A stretch of 64,000 nt of DNA from Bacteroidota bacterium. Lineage in GTDB: Bacteria > Bacteroidota > JABWAT01. The stretch's first letter is position 1. Each line of letters starts with the position of its first letter. A program made the translations under genes and the position numbers. The stretch lies in the NCBI GenBank assembly GCA_013360915.1, contig JABWAT010000002.1, positions 258,098 through 322,097 on the forward strand. The letters run 5' to 3'. Shown here in pieces: positions 56,124-64,000 of this stretch. The notes below the pieces were generated by a model, which saw only the letters and a program-made list of their open reading frames with translations, was not told the origin of the DNA and ran no database searches.

Positions 56124-57842
56124 TTACTTTTTCATGGCTTCGCGCCATTGTTCAATGGTGGAGAGCTGTGAAGTCACTCCGTACAGATAAATACTGGCAG
56201 GGTCAAATTGAGTGGAGAAGTAATTCAGACTCGGAAGGGAAAAGAGCCAGGCTCCCAGAGCCAGTTCATGTTCGGTCTGATCGACCCGTCTGGCATATTC
56301 CTGTTTGTCCCCGATGTTCGATGCGGCCATAAATCCGTAGACGTATTCAAGCAGGAGTGCTTCCTTTTCAGGATCGCCCTTGGTGTCGGTGGCATCCAGC
56401 CGGAAGTAGTTCCGGTTGCCGGCCAGGGACGAGGCATTCACTGTACCTCCCATTCCATTGGTTACCAGATTGATCCGGTACTGTTCAGGATCAGGTTCCC
56501 GCAGGAAAATATCGTACAGATCGAACAGGAAATTGCTCCGGTAGCCATTAACCGCCACCAGAACCGCATCGTAATTACCGGTACGGAGGTCTTCGGCCGA
56601 GGCGGCTGTGGCCCGGATCCGGTTTTTACCAATGGCTGGTTCATTCAGTATGGTGACCAATTCGGATAACTCTTCACGGTTTCCTGCATTCAGAAACACT
56701 TTGATCCGGACCGAATCGGGAAGTACTGACAGATCAGGTCCTGCCGACAAACGGGCAGGGGTCACCACTTCCTCTTCGATGTAATAGGAACTTGAGGGAA
56801 ACACACTGTAATTGAGAAAATCATTGTAAGCATTGGTTTTTCCCTTGTAGTCGGTCACCGGCCGTTGCTGGGGTGTTCCGGCTTTGAAAAACCGGCTCAG
56901 AATGGCCTGATTGTTCAGCAATCCGCGCAGACTTTGTCTCTGTTCCAGACTCAGACGGTCGGTGTTGAATAAAACCGCGAAGAAGGTGGTGCTGATGTTG
57001 GGTTTGGCAAAAAATTCCTCCGGGTCAGACAGGAGCGGAGAGGAAGATCCGAAGGGCGTACCCGGAAGAACATTAAACTCACCGTTGGCAAACTCGGTCT
57101 GGTAGGTGGAGTTATCAATAAACGGAACCAGTTTCAGAGTGGTGATTCCGGCCGGCCCCCCTGGCATTCTGATGAACCAATCCGGGGTTCCTTCCGGTCT
57201 GACCTGCAGGTAGGGTCCCGATCCGATCGGATAGGCAGCCTGATTCAGCTGAGAGCTTGCAGGCAGAACTTTAAAAGAAAAGACTTCCTTGACATCATTT
57301 TCGGTCCAGATTCTGGTGGGTTTTAACTGAAACCGTATTTCATCGTTTTCATCGGGACCTGTGAAGTCAAAGGATTCGAGAGCCTGTGCCACCAGAATAT
57401 AATCGGGCGACAAACTTCCCAGTGCCAGAATCCGGCGCAGGGTAAATCGGATATCCCGTGCAGTGACCGGAACCATGTTTCCTTCGCTGATGGTCAGTTC
57501 ATCATCCTGAACGACCGGTTTCCAGGAATCATGCCATTTTTTACCCGGTTTCAGACGGATAATCACGGTATTTTCGGTGGTAATCCCGACCAGTTCACCC
57601 AATCCATCTTCATAAACGATTCCCGACGGATTTGCGGAGATGTTAAACAGACCATCATACAGCACTTCATCCAGTTTATCGGATAACGGGTCGGCTGCCG
57701 GAAGCTGTGGGTCCAGAACAGGAGGCTGGTGTGAGATGTATGGAATGGCAATGGTATCTTTCAGCCGGTTGGATGGCCAGAACAGAAAGGTGAGCAGGGC
57801 CACAACAGCAATTCCACCGCCAATGAGAAGTCCTTTTTTCAT
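56124..57842 (-). CDS. ABC transporter substrate-binding protein, family 5-like (peptide/nickel), N-terminally TM-anchored
   Basis: N-terminal TM. VLDPQ...DGLFNISANPSGIVYEDGLGELVGITTENTVIIRLKPGKKWHD resembles the family-5 SBP N-lobe. Sits in an operon with Dpp/Opp-type permeases and ATPase. Confidence 0.55.
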   Translation of the reverse strand: MKKGLLIGGGIAVVALLTFLFWPSNRLKDTIAIPYISHQPPVLDPQLPAADPLSDKLDEVLYDGLFNISANPSGIVYEDGLGELVGITTENTVIIRLKPGKKWHDSWKPVVQDDELTISEGNMVPVTARDIRFTLRRILALGSLSPDYILVAQALESFDFTGPDENDEIRFQLKPTRIWTENDVKEVFSFKVLPASSQLNQAAYPIGSGPYLQVRPEGTPDWFIRMPGGPAGITTLKLVPFIDNSTYQTEFANGEFNVLPGTPFGSSSPLLSDPEEFFAKPNISTTFFAVLFNTDRLSLEQRQSLRGLLNNQAILSRFFKAGTPQQRPVTDYKGKTNAYNDFLNYSVFPSSSYYIEEEVVTPARLSAGPDLSVLPDSVRIKVFLNAGNREELSELVTILNEPAIGKNRIRATAASAEDLRTGNYDAVLVAVNGYRSNFLFDLYDIFLREPDPEQYRINLVTNGMGGTVNASSLAGNRNYFRLDATDTKGDPEKEALLLEYVYGFMAASNIGDKQEYARRVDQTEHELALGAWLFSLPSLNYFSTQFDPASIYLYGVTSQLSTIEQWREAMKK

Positions 57843-57859
57843 GTGATGCTCCGGTTCGG

Positions 57860-60226
57860 TTAATTTTTACGGATAAGAGGTACCTGGGTCATGACACTGA
57901 TTTCATGAACCTTGAATGACCGGTGTCTGAACTGAACGTCCAGAATGTTTTCTTTCCCCTTGTTAGTCTGGATCGGGGTGATTCTGGCTGTATAATCATT
58001 GGCAGCGGTGGGAGCTTCGATCACAATCCGACCTTCATTTTTAATGGGTTTACCATTGATGGTGATCGATTCAAACCAGGATTCCTGGCTGGCATTTTTG
58101 GCCAATTCGGCTGGTAATTTGATATTAATATCCCAAACGGGAAAGGCCGCATCGGTTTCCATGACCAGATTCATCCGGAACCGGTAGTCATTGCTTCCCG
58201 ATTGATTTGAGGTGACGGGTGTGACAAACACTTTCCGGTACTGGGTTGGCTTGGTGATGCGTTTGGCCAGCATCGGATCCACCTCGGCAATGGCCGTTTT
58301 TATTTTCTGATCGGTTCCTTTATACATTTTTCCGTGGGCAAGGATGGCACGTGCCTTCGCCACTCCGTTGGCAGATGGATTGGAAAGAAAATCCCGGTAA
58401 ATCAGATCGATGGCATTTTCTGGAAAGGTGACGGTTTTCAACCGGGTTAACCGGTCACGGATGGCCTGGTTTTTCTTCTGCAGATCACCCTCATTTCCCG
58501 TGGTGTAGGAAATGGTGTAAACAGGTTCCCAGACGGAGGCGGTGTACAAACTGTCAACGGCATCAACAGTCTGACTGTTTTCCTTCATAAAGCCGGAGAC
58601 GAGCTCATCGGTGAGGGATTCCACGGTCTGGAAGAGAGTCTGCTCGAGATCTCTTACCGTGCGGGACTTGTACGGAAGAATGGCTTTCAGATCCAGATAA
58701 TCGGTGTCGCGGTTCAATTCGATCAGGCCATTTTCGGCGGCACCAAATTCATGGTTGCGGATATTGGCAGAGATGGAATCACGTTGGGCATTTACCGAGG
58801 CTTCATCCAGACCGCGGTACTGTGCCAGCAGAAAACCCAGGTCCTTGTTTCGGTTCAGAAGGGAAAGAATCGATTTAAAATCGTTCTCATTTTTCAGTTG
58901 GGAAATGGTTCCGGCGGCTGCTCCTGCCCGGCGGTATTGAGACAACGTCTTGTTATACTGATCGAGAGCGGACCTGATCTGACCGTTCAGAAGGCTGACA
59001 GCCCGCGTTCCCGACCAGGTACCATATTCGCTGGTCTGAACACGAGGAAGGGAAGATTGCAGGTTCTCGAGTCGTCTGACCAATCCCTGATAAAAGTCGG
59101 AAGTGGGCCATCCCTGATACTCACTGACCTCCCCGCTCAGCTTTTCCAGAGTGGATGTCAGGGTCGATAGTTGAGTGGTATTCTGGTTAAAACGGTTTCT
59201 GAAACCAACCACCTGATTAAAATCGGCTGCAGGTGTGAGGGAGAGCAGAGGATACAGGGATTCGACCGAAGCCAGGTTTTCATCGAAGGGTTTTATATCC
59301 TGTTTCTGCCGGATGCGCTGATCAAACCAGGAGGTCAGACTTTGAACCCGCGGGCGGAATGTTTTCAGGATCTCGGACTGGGTTCCGGCAGGAAACCGGT
59401 TTAATGAGCCAAGAAGATCGCTGAGAACCTCGATGGAACCTGCCAGCATGGCCGGATTATTACGGGTTTCAGATTCGAGCCTGTAGGCCTTCAGCAGTTT
59501 CAGGTAAAGGTTTTGGAAGGCCAGTTCATCGGCAACGGCCGAGGAAAGTTGATTCCATGAACTGAAGGATGGGTCTGCGGAAGTCTGGCTTGCAACCGGG
59601 ATCACTGACTTGAGCTGAGTGAGACCGGCCTGAACCTGTTTTTGTATGCCGATGAATTTCTCAAGTTCAGCAAGCGCAGTGGGGAATTGAAATCCCTGAA
59701 AATTGACTTTAGATCCGAGGGAATCGACGTACAACCGGTTTGCAATGGCCGACTGATGATCCTTTTCCAGAGCAGCAAAGGTTGATTCGAACCGGAAACG
59801 CCAGTCGGGGAGGTAACGGTATTGTAGGTTTAGAGTCAGGTCGGCCGTCACACTATCAATCACCCAGTAGTGCGTCTGGCCTGACCGTTCAAATTTCCAG
59901 GCACGGAATCCGGCCGGTGCCGCTTCCATTTCTTTGATTTTAACAATCTCGCCCTTTCCGTCATCGAACCGGCTGGTGAAATAAAAACGAAGCACATCAA
60001 ACTGGTCGCTTTTCAAAGCCAGGGCCATTCCTTCGCGGTCGGTTCCGGGGAAGGCAATGTAATATTTGTTTTTTGCAGACAGGTCGAACCGGTTATCACC
60101 CGCTTTCAGTTCGATGTAAGTGCCTTCGGCAGACGAAATCGGGGGTTTGGGAGAGAGTTCGCTGAAAGTGGAACAGCCGGTCAGGGCGGTTGCAGCGATC
60201 AACACCAGAAAAAGTACTTTATGCAT
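57860..60226 (-). CDS. large hypothetical lipoprotein (788 aa) embedded in the ABC transporter operon
   Basis: MHKVLFLVLIAATALTGCS lipobox. Predominantly helical, no recognisable catalytic motif. Confidence 0.5.
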   Translation of the reverse strand: MHKVLFLVLIAATALTGCSTFSELSPKPPISSAEGTYIELKAGDNRFDLSAKNKYYIAFPGTDREGMALALKSDQFDVLRFYFTSRFDDGKGEIVKIKEMEAAPAGFRAWKFERSGQTHYWVIDSVTADLTLNLQYRYLPDWRFRFESTFAALEKDHQSAIANRLYVDSLGSKVNFQGFQFPTALAELEKFIGIQKQVQAGLTQLKSVIPVASQTSADPSFSSWNQLSSAVADELAFQNLYLKLLKAYRLESETRNNPAMLAGSIEVLSDLLGSLNRFPAGTQSEILKTFRPRVQSLTSWFDQRIRQKQDIKPFDENLASVESLYPLLSLTPAADFNQVVGFRNRFNQNTTQLSTLTSTLEKLSGEVSEYQGWPTSDFYQGLVRRLENLQSSLPRVQTSEYGTWSGTRAVSLLNGQIRSALDQYNKTLSQYRRAGAAAGTISQLKNENDFKSILSLLNRNKDLGFLLAQYRGLDEASVNAQRDSISANIRNHEFGAAENGLIELNRDTDYLDLKAILPYKSRTVRDLEQTLFQTVESLTDELVSGFMKENSQTVDAVDSLYTASVWEPVYTISYTTGNEGDLQKKNQAIRDRLTRLKTVTFPENAIDLIYRDFLSNPSANGVAKARAILAHGKMYKGTDQKIKTAIAEVDPMLAKRITKPTQYRKVFVTPVTSNQSGSNDYRFRMNLVMETDAAFPVWDINIKLPAELAKNASQESWFESITINGKPIKNEGRIVIEAPTAANDYTARITPIQTNKGKENILDVQFRHRSFKVHEISVMTQVPLIRKN

Positions 60227-60301
60227 GATTAACCTCCGGGGAAAAGGAACTTGTGCTTAAAACAATCATGAGGACCGGTAAATTCCATCTATTAATGCCC
60301 A

Positions 60302-61774
60302 TCAGACGATATCCGCTGATAAAAAGATCCGGTTGCCAGGTCTGGTGAGGCGGTCAAAGATGGCTTCATTGTGAGAAATCAGTAAAACGGCAGTCTGTTT
60401 TTCCAGAGCCGTTGTAAGCAGGTTCATAAAAAGCTGAATCGTCCGGAAATCAACTCCGTTCAATGGTTCATCGAGAATCAGAATCCGGGGAGAGGCAGCC
60501 ATGCTTCTGAGAAGATTCAGTCGCTGTTTCTGGCCACCGCTCAGGAATTTCACCTTTTGTTTCAGAAAGCCCGGGTCTATCTGATTGATGAATGCAGTTT
60601 GAAGGTAAGCGCGCACCTGTTCAGACGTGGAAAGATCTGGATTGCGCAATGCAAAAAAGACCTGTTCCACCGTTGAAGATTGGTTCAGCGCTTCATCGGC
60701 CAGCTGAAAGGCCATGGAAAGGGTCTTTCCCCACAGGGTATTTTTCCAGAACCCGGGCGGAGTGTTTCCATTCAGTAAATGGCTTCCGATGGTCAGATTC
60801 AGATCTGAGGCGCGGTACAAACCAAGAATGACACGGGCAATGGTGGTTTTTCCCACTCCGCTTGGTGCCTTCAGATAGGTCAGATTACCGGCTGTCAGCG
60901 ACAGGTTCACCTGATTGGCTGCCTCATTGGAAAAAACGAGCCGGCGCCCGTGAACCTCCAGTCCTGACTCGAGGGACAGGACTGGGTGGCCATTGGTTTG
61001 TTTCAAAGGCTGAAGGGATTGCTGCCAGCCGGAATAACCGGCTGCGTCAAATTCTGTCTGCGTGACCGATCCATCCGGTTGCCGGCTCAGTTCCTGAAAT
61101 TGAAAATGAGGCAGCCATTCCTGTTCCTGCAGGTACGTGATGATGGTGTAATCGTGTGTGATCAGCAGTGCGGTGGTTCCATAAGTCCGGTAAGACTGCA
61201 TCAGTTGCTGCAGAAATGCATTGCGGAATCCATTATCCAGACTGCCGGTGGGTTCATCGAAAACAAAAAGGGCTTCCGGATTTGATCCTTTCTGCAGTCG
61301 TTTGGCCTTTTGCAGCGCCATGGCCAGCAGAAATCGTTGTTTTTCTCCGCCACTGGGACGGTAAGATTGCGGATAGACAGGCAGAAGAGGTTTCCATCCA
61401 TCCGATTGCCAGAGCGCGGTCAGAATCGCCTCCTCGCCGGAAAGCCCGGCCAGGTCTGCTTCATGAAGCTGGTCCTGCACGGTCATGGCCGGATTCAGGT
61501 GAGTGGAGGGTTCCTGGAAGACGAAAAATCCCTGTTTTCTGAAGGTCTGAGTCCGTGCTGTTTTGCAATAGTCTTCATATCGTTCACCGTTTACGCGCAG
61601 TCCAAGCCGGGTCTGATCGGCAAGACCAAACAGGGAACGGGCAATGAGACTTTTTCCGATGCCGGATTCACCGAAGAGAACGTTGATTTTTCCGGGCTGA
61701 ATTAAAAACCGTTCAATTTGAACCAGACGCCGGGCCTCACTGCTGATGGTAAGGGAAAACGACCAGGGATTCAC
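60302..61774 (-). CDS. ABC transporter ATP-binding protein with two fused ATPase domains (DppD/DppF-like)
   Basis: Two Walker A motifs (GESGIGKS, APSGVGKTT), ABC signatures (PSGGEKQR, LSGGQKQR) and two Walker B motifs (FVFDEPT, LILDEP). Confidence 0.85.
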   Translation of the reverse strand: MNPWSFSLTISSEARRLVQIERFLIQPGKINVLFGESGIGKSLIARSLFGLADQTRLGLRVNGERYEDYCKTARTQTFRKQGFFVFQEPSTHLNPAMTVQDQLHEADLAGLSGEEAILTALWQSDGWKPLLPVYPQSYRPSGGEKQRFLLAMALQKAKRLQKGSNPEALFVFDEPTGSLDNGFRNAFLQQLMQSYRTYGTTALLITHDYTIITYLQEQEWLPHFQFQELSRQPDGSVTQTEFDAAGYSGWQQSLQPLKQTNGHPVLSLESGLEVHGRRLVFSNEAANQVNLSLTAGNLTYLKAPSGVGKTTIARVILGLYRASDLNLTIGSHLLNGNTPPGFWKNTLWGKTLSMAFQLADEALNQSSTVEQVFFALRNPDLSTSEQVRAYLQTAFINQIDPGFLKQKVKFLSGGQKQRLNLLRSMAASPRILILDEPLNGVDFRTIQLFMNLLTTALEKQTAVLLISHNEAIFDRLTRPGNRIFLSADIV

Positions 61775-62622
61775 AGATGATGCCTTCCGGAATAGCCATT
61801 GCCGATGCGGAACCAGCAGACCAGGGTAAAGGTGATGAGAAAGGCGACTGACAAGCCCTGAAGGTGGCGGGTTATCATCGGCCAGAAGTAAGTTGGATCG
61901 GACAGCAACACACCGATGGAAAGGATGTCCTGTTTGCTGTCGATATGGGCCAGCATTGAGCCGAGCGTGGGAGGAAAGTTCACCGCACTGACCGTTTGTG
62001 AAAGTCCGACCGAAAGCACAAAATCAATGCTGCAAAGCAGAAAGATTGTCAGACCGGTTCCGCTGATAAGTTTATTGATCAGGTGGGGGCGGCTGTTTCT
62101 CCACCAGATTTCGATCAGGATCAATACCCGGTCAGGAACGCCAGCTACCCTTGAGGCATGAACAAAATCGGTTTGTTCAAAGGCGGCAATCCGGTCATTC
62201 AGCATGTCGGTGAATTCATGAAACATGACCAATCCGACGGTAAGACCCATTCCGGTCAGGATCAGGGTGGGTGAGGTCAGCCAGTCTGCCTGGATAAGCA
62301 GGGTCAGAATGATAAATCCCAGAAGGAGTCCGATGATCTGGGGAACTGACCGTAAGGTCCCGAGGATCAGATCCAGCATTGTGAATATCCAGCGGTGATG
62401 GTTCCATCTGGTCAGGGTCATGATTAGCGAAAAGGAAACCGACAGAAGGGTGGCGGTGCACAGACTGACGACGGTGATCATCAGGGTATTACCAAAACCG
62501 GACCATACTCTCAACATAGCCGGCCGGTTGAGGAACAGCAGATTCCATGCCAGTAAAATCAGCAGGCCTGTGATCCAGATCAGGAACCAGCGGCGGTCCC
62601 TGTGGGTCATCCAGCCGGTCAT
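61771..62622 (-). CDS. ABC transporter permease (DppC/OppC-like)
   Basis: 6-TM permease. Start chosen at MTGWMTH, which gives an ATGA overlap with the upstream permease stop. ATGA overlap with the downstream ATPase. Confidence 0.75.
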   Translation of the reverse strand: MTGWMTHRDRRWFLIWITGLLILLAWNLLFLNRPAMLRVWSGFGNTLMITVVSLCTATLLSVSFSLIMTLTRWNHHRWIFTMLDLILGTLRSVPQIIGLLLGFIILTLLIQADWLTSPTLILTGMGLTVGLVMFHEFTDMLNDRIAAFEQTDFVHASRVAGVPDRVLILIEIWWRNSRPHLINKLISGTGLTIFLLCSIDFVLSVGLSQTVSAVNFPPTLGSMLAHIDSKQDILSIGVLLSDPTYFWPMITRHLQGLSVAFLITFTLVCWFRIGNGYSGRHHL

Positions 62623-63725
62623 GGGTTGTCTCCGGATGCTGATCGATCCATACTCAGTTGTTTCCGGTAACGCTGCACATCGACGACCCATTCAGTGGCC
62701 CGCACCAGCAGGAAGAGGGAAGCCATCATGATCAGCACATCGGGTAAGTTCCGGAAAAGGACCTGTCTTAGCAATTCATACCCGAAACGTCCCTGAATGT
62801 TCAGGGCCATTTCCAGAATGATCAGACAGGTGACCGTGAAGGCTGCCTGTTCGCGTGCGGTGGGTCCGTAATCCAACCGTGCGTTTAACATGGAATGATG
62901 AAGAAGATGTCCCGGACAGGACTTTTTCCAGGAAAGGATGACCCGCCAGGGAACCCCATCTGGTTTACCGGGTGAGAAATTTTCATTGACACCGCGGACC
63001 CGTGCCATCTGAATAAATCCGTGATGGTGATTGGTCAGAAGCAGGTTCAGGAATTTTTGGGAATACAGGGCCAGACTTCCATTGGTGAGAAGACCTAATG
63101 CCACCAGGACCGGCCAGGAATCAGCGGTCCAGAAGGCTTTGAGGCTGTATGCAACCAGAAAACCGGGAGAGAAGAGAACGAAAAGCAAAAGGGTCCGGCC
63201 GGCATCGTGCCATCCTTCCGACTCCTGTTCCTCCTTCCGGATGAAAAGTAAAAACCGGTAAGTACCGATGGTCTGTGCCCCAAAAACCGAAAAAATCAGG
63301 ACAATTGCATACAGCAGGGTAAACTCTGAAAATTGACGGAGGGCATTGAACGGATCATGAAATACCAGCCCGGCCTGTTGTCTGTTTTCTGCAAGACCAC
63401 GTGCCAGTTGATCGGATTGATACCGTCTGATGGATCGGACAACCATTTCACCATCGGAATCCGGGTTGGCTGCCTCAATCAGGTCGGCCACAATGGCCTG
63501 ATGCAGCGGATCCTGCCAATCAATTCCCGGAACCGACAGCCACCGGGCAATGGTCGGATCAGGTTTGGAGGTATTGACTGTCCTCAGTGGCTGCAGAGCC
63601 ATGCCGATGAAAAAAAACACGATGGACACCACCAGAAGAGAACCAAGATGCCGGAAAGTGATGGATGCCATGTGTTCTTCAGTCACTCCGTTTTTTAAGC
63701 CGGTAAATATCGCCAGAAAGAACAC
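62619..63725 (-). CDS. ABC transporter permease (DppB/OppB-like)
   Basis: 6-TM permease with an N-terminal periplasmic loop. First gene of the minus-strand operon. Confidence 0.75.
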   Translation of the reverse strand: MFFLAIFTGLKNGVTEEHMASITFRHLGSLLVVSIVFFFIGMALQPLRTVNTSKPDPTIARWLSVPGIDWQDPLHQAIVADLIEAANPDSDGEMVVRSIRRYQSDQLARGLAENRQQAGLVFHDPFNALRQFSEFTLLYAIVLIFSVFGAQTIGTYRFLLFIRKEEQESEGWHDAGRTLLLFVLFSPGFLVAYSLKAFWTADSWPVLVALGLLTNGSLALYSQKFLNLLLTNHHHGFIQMARVRGVNENFSPGKPDGVPWRVILSWKKSCPGHLLHHSMLNARLDYGPTAREQAAFTVTCLIILEMALNIQGRFGYELLRQVLFRNLPDVLIMMASLFLLVRATEWVVDVQRYRKQLSMDRSASGDNP

Positions 63726-63797
63726 AGGACTCCAATCCCGGTTACCAGTTTGCTTTCAACCCGGCTTATGATGAAATTACTGTATAAATAAACAGCA

Positions 63798-64000
63798 TGA
63801 TTCCTTCCATGAAGTCCGATTCCACCTCTGCAGAATCAACAAAGCCGGTAACAGGATTGTTTCAGGAACCTGCAGGACACCCCATGTATCCGTTTATTGT
63901 TCTTGATACAGAAACCACCGGCATGGGTCCCTCTGCCCGGATTATTGAACTGGCCATGGTGGAAGTGAACCATGGAAAAGTGACGGCCCGGTGGGAATGG
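63798..64000 (+). CDS. DnaQ-like 3'-5' exonuclease domain protein (5' partial, runs off window end)
   Basis: FIVLDTETTGMGPSARIIELA is the Exo I motif of DEDD exonucleases. Confidence 0.5.

Noticed and set aside
1-64000. CRISPR arrays, tRNA/rRNA genes, integrases/transposases or other mobile elements
   Set aside because: No regularly spaced direct repeats, no tRNA-like T-arm/acceptor sequences in intergenic gaps, and no recombinase-like ORFs were seen. The only repeats are the intragenic helicase-tail repeats and short regulatory-scale repeats.

Overview
This 64-kb window carries about 55 protein-coding genes, densely packed, and I found no rRNA, tRNA or CRISPR array. Two proteins end in Type IX secretion C-terminal sorting domains, and there is a GH92-like hydrolase and a two-component-regulator-propeller/Y_Y_Y sensor kinase. 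Together these point to a member of the FCB superphylum (Bacteroidota/Ignavibacteriota/Chlorobiota-like).

Layout:
- 1-11.2 kb: a surface-polysaccharide locus with a putative flippase, four to five glycosyltransferases, a WbaP-type priming phosphotransferase, a DegT aminotransferase, a DPM1/ArnC-like polyprenol-phosphate glycosyltransferase, and a GT2 fused to a WbaP-like N-terminal module. The first ~3.2 kb is conspicuously AT-rich against a host GC that is above 50% by eye.
- 11-15.4 kb: housekeeping genes accA, a YbgC-like thioesterase, an unannotated Trm112-like small ORF, nadC, slyD, acpS, a MerR regulator and tpx.
- 15.6-18.3 kb: an M43-type zinc metalloprotease with a T9SS C-terminal domain.
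- 18.4-22 kb, minus strand: dtd, prmC, a hutG-like gene and hutI.
- 22-24.2 kb: a GH92-like glycoside hydrolase.
- 24-32.4 kb: two paralogous multi-TM sensor PP2C (SpoIIE-type) phosphatases flanking uvrD/pcrA, with an odd secreted protein carrying a TonB C-terminal domain between them.
- 33-35 kb: a DEAD-box helicase with a repetitive Arg-rich tail.
- 35.3-40.2 kb: a contiguous asd-lysC-dapB-dapA-dapD operon.
- 40.4-45 kb: five unknown-function genes (UPF0237 ACT protein plus UPF0210, then LemA-TPM-lipoprotein).
- 45-46.9 kb: DAHP synthase translationally coupled to a C-N hydrolase.
- 47-50.8 kb: an orphan propeller hybrid-type sensor histidine kinase.
- 51-53.3 kb: a lipoprotein, GNAT and an alpha/beta hydrolase.
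- 53.6-55.8 kb: a T9SS-secreted Endonuclease-I family nuclease.
- 55.8-63.7 kb: a minus-strand ABC peptide-importer operon with an embedded 788-aa lipoprotein of unknown function.
- 63.8 kb to the end: the start of a DnaQ-like exonuclease.

No canonical defence system (Cas, restriction-modification, reverse transcriptase, integrase) or mobile element is recognisable. The most unusual content is listed under findings: the paired sensor phosphatases around uvrD, the ABC operon with its giant lipoprotein, the polysaccharide-locus fusion protein, and the cluster of conserved unknowns.
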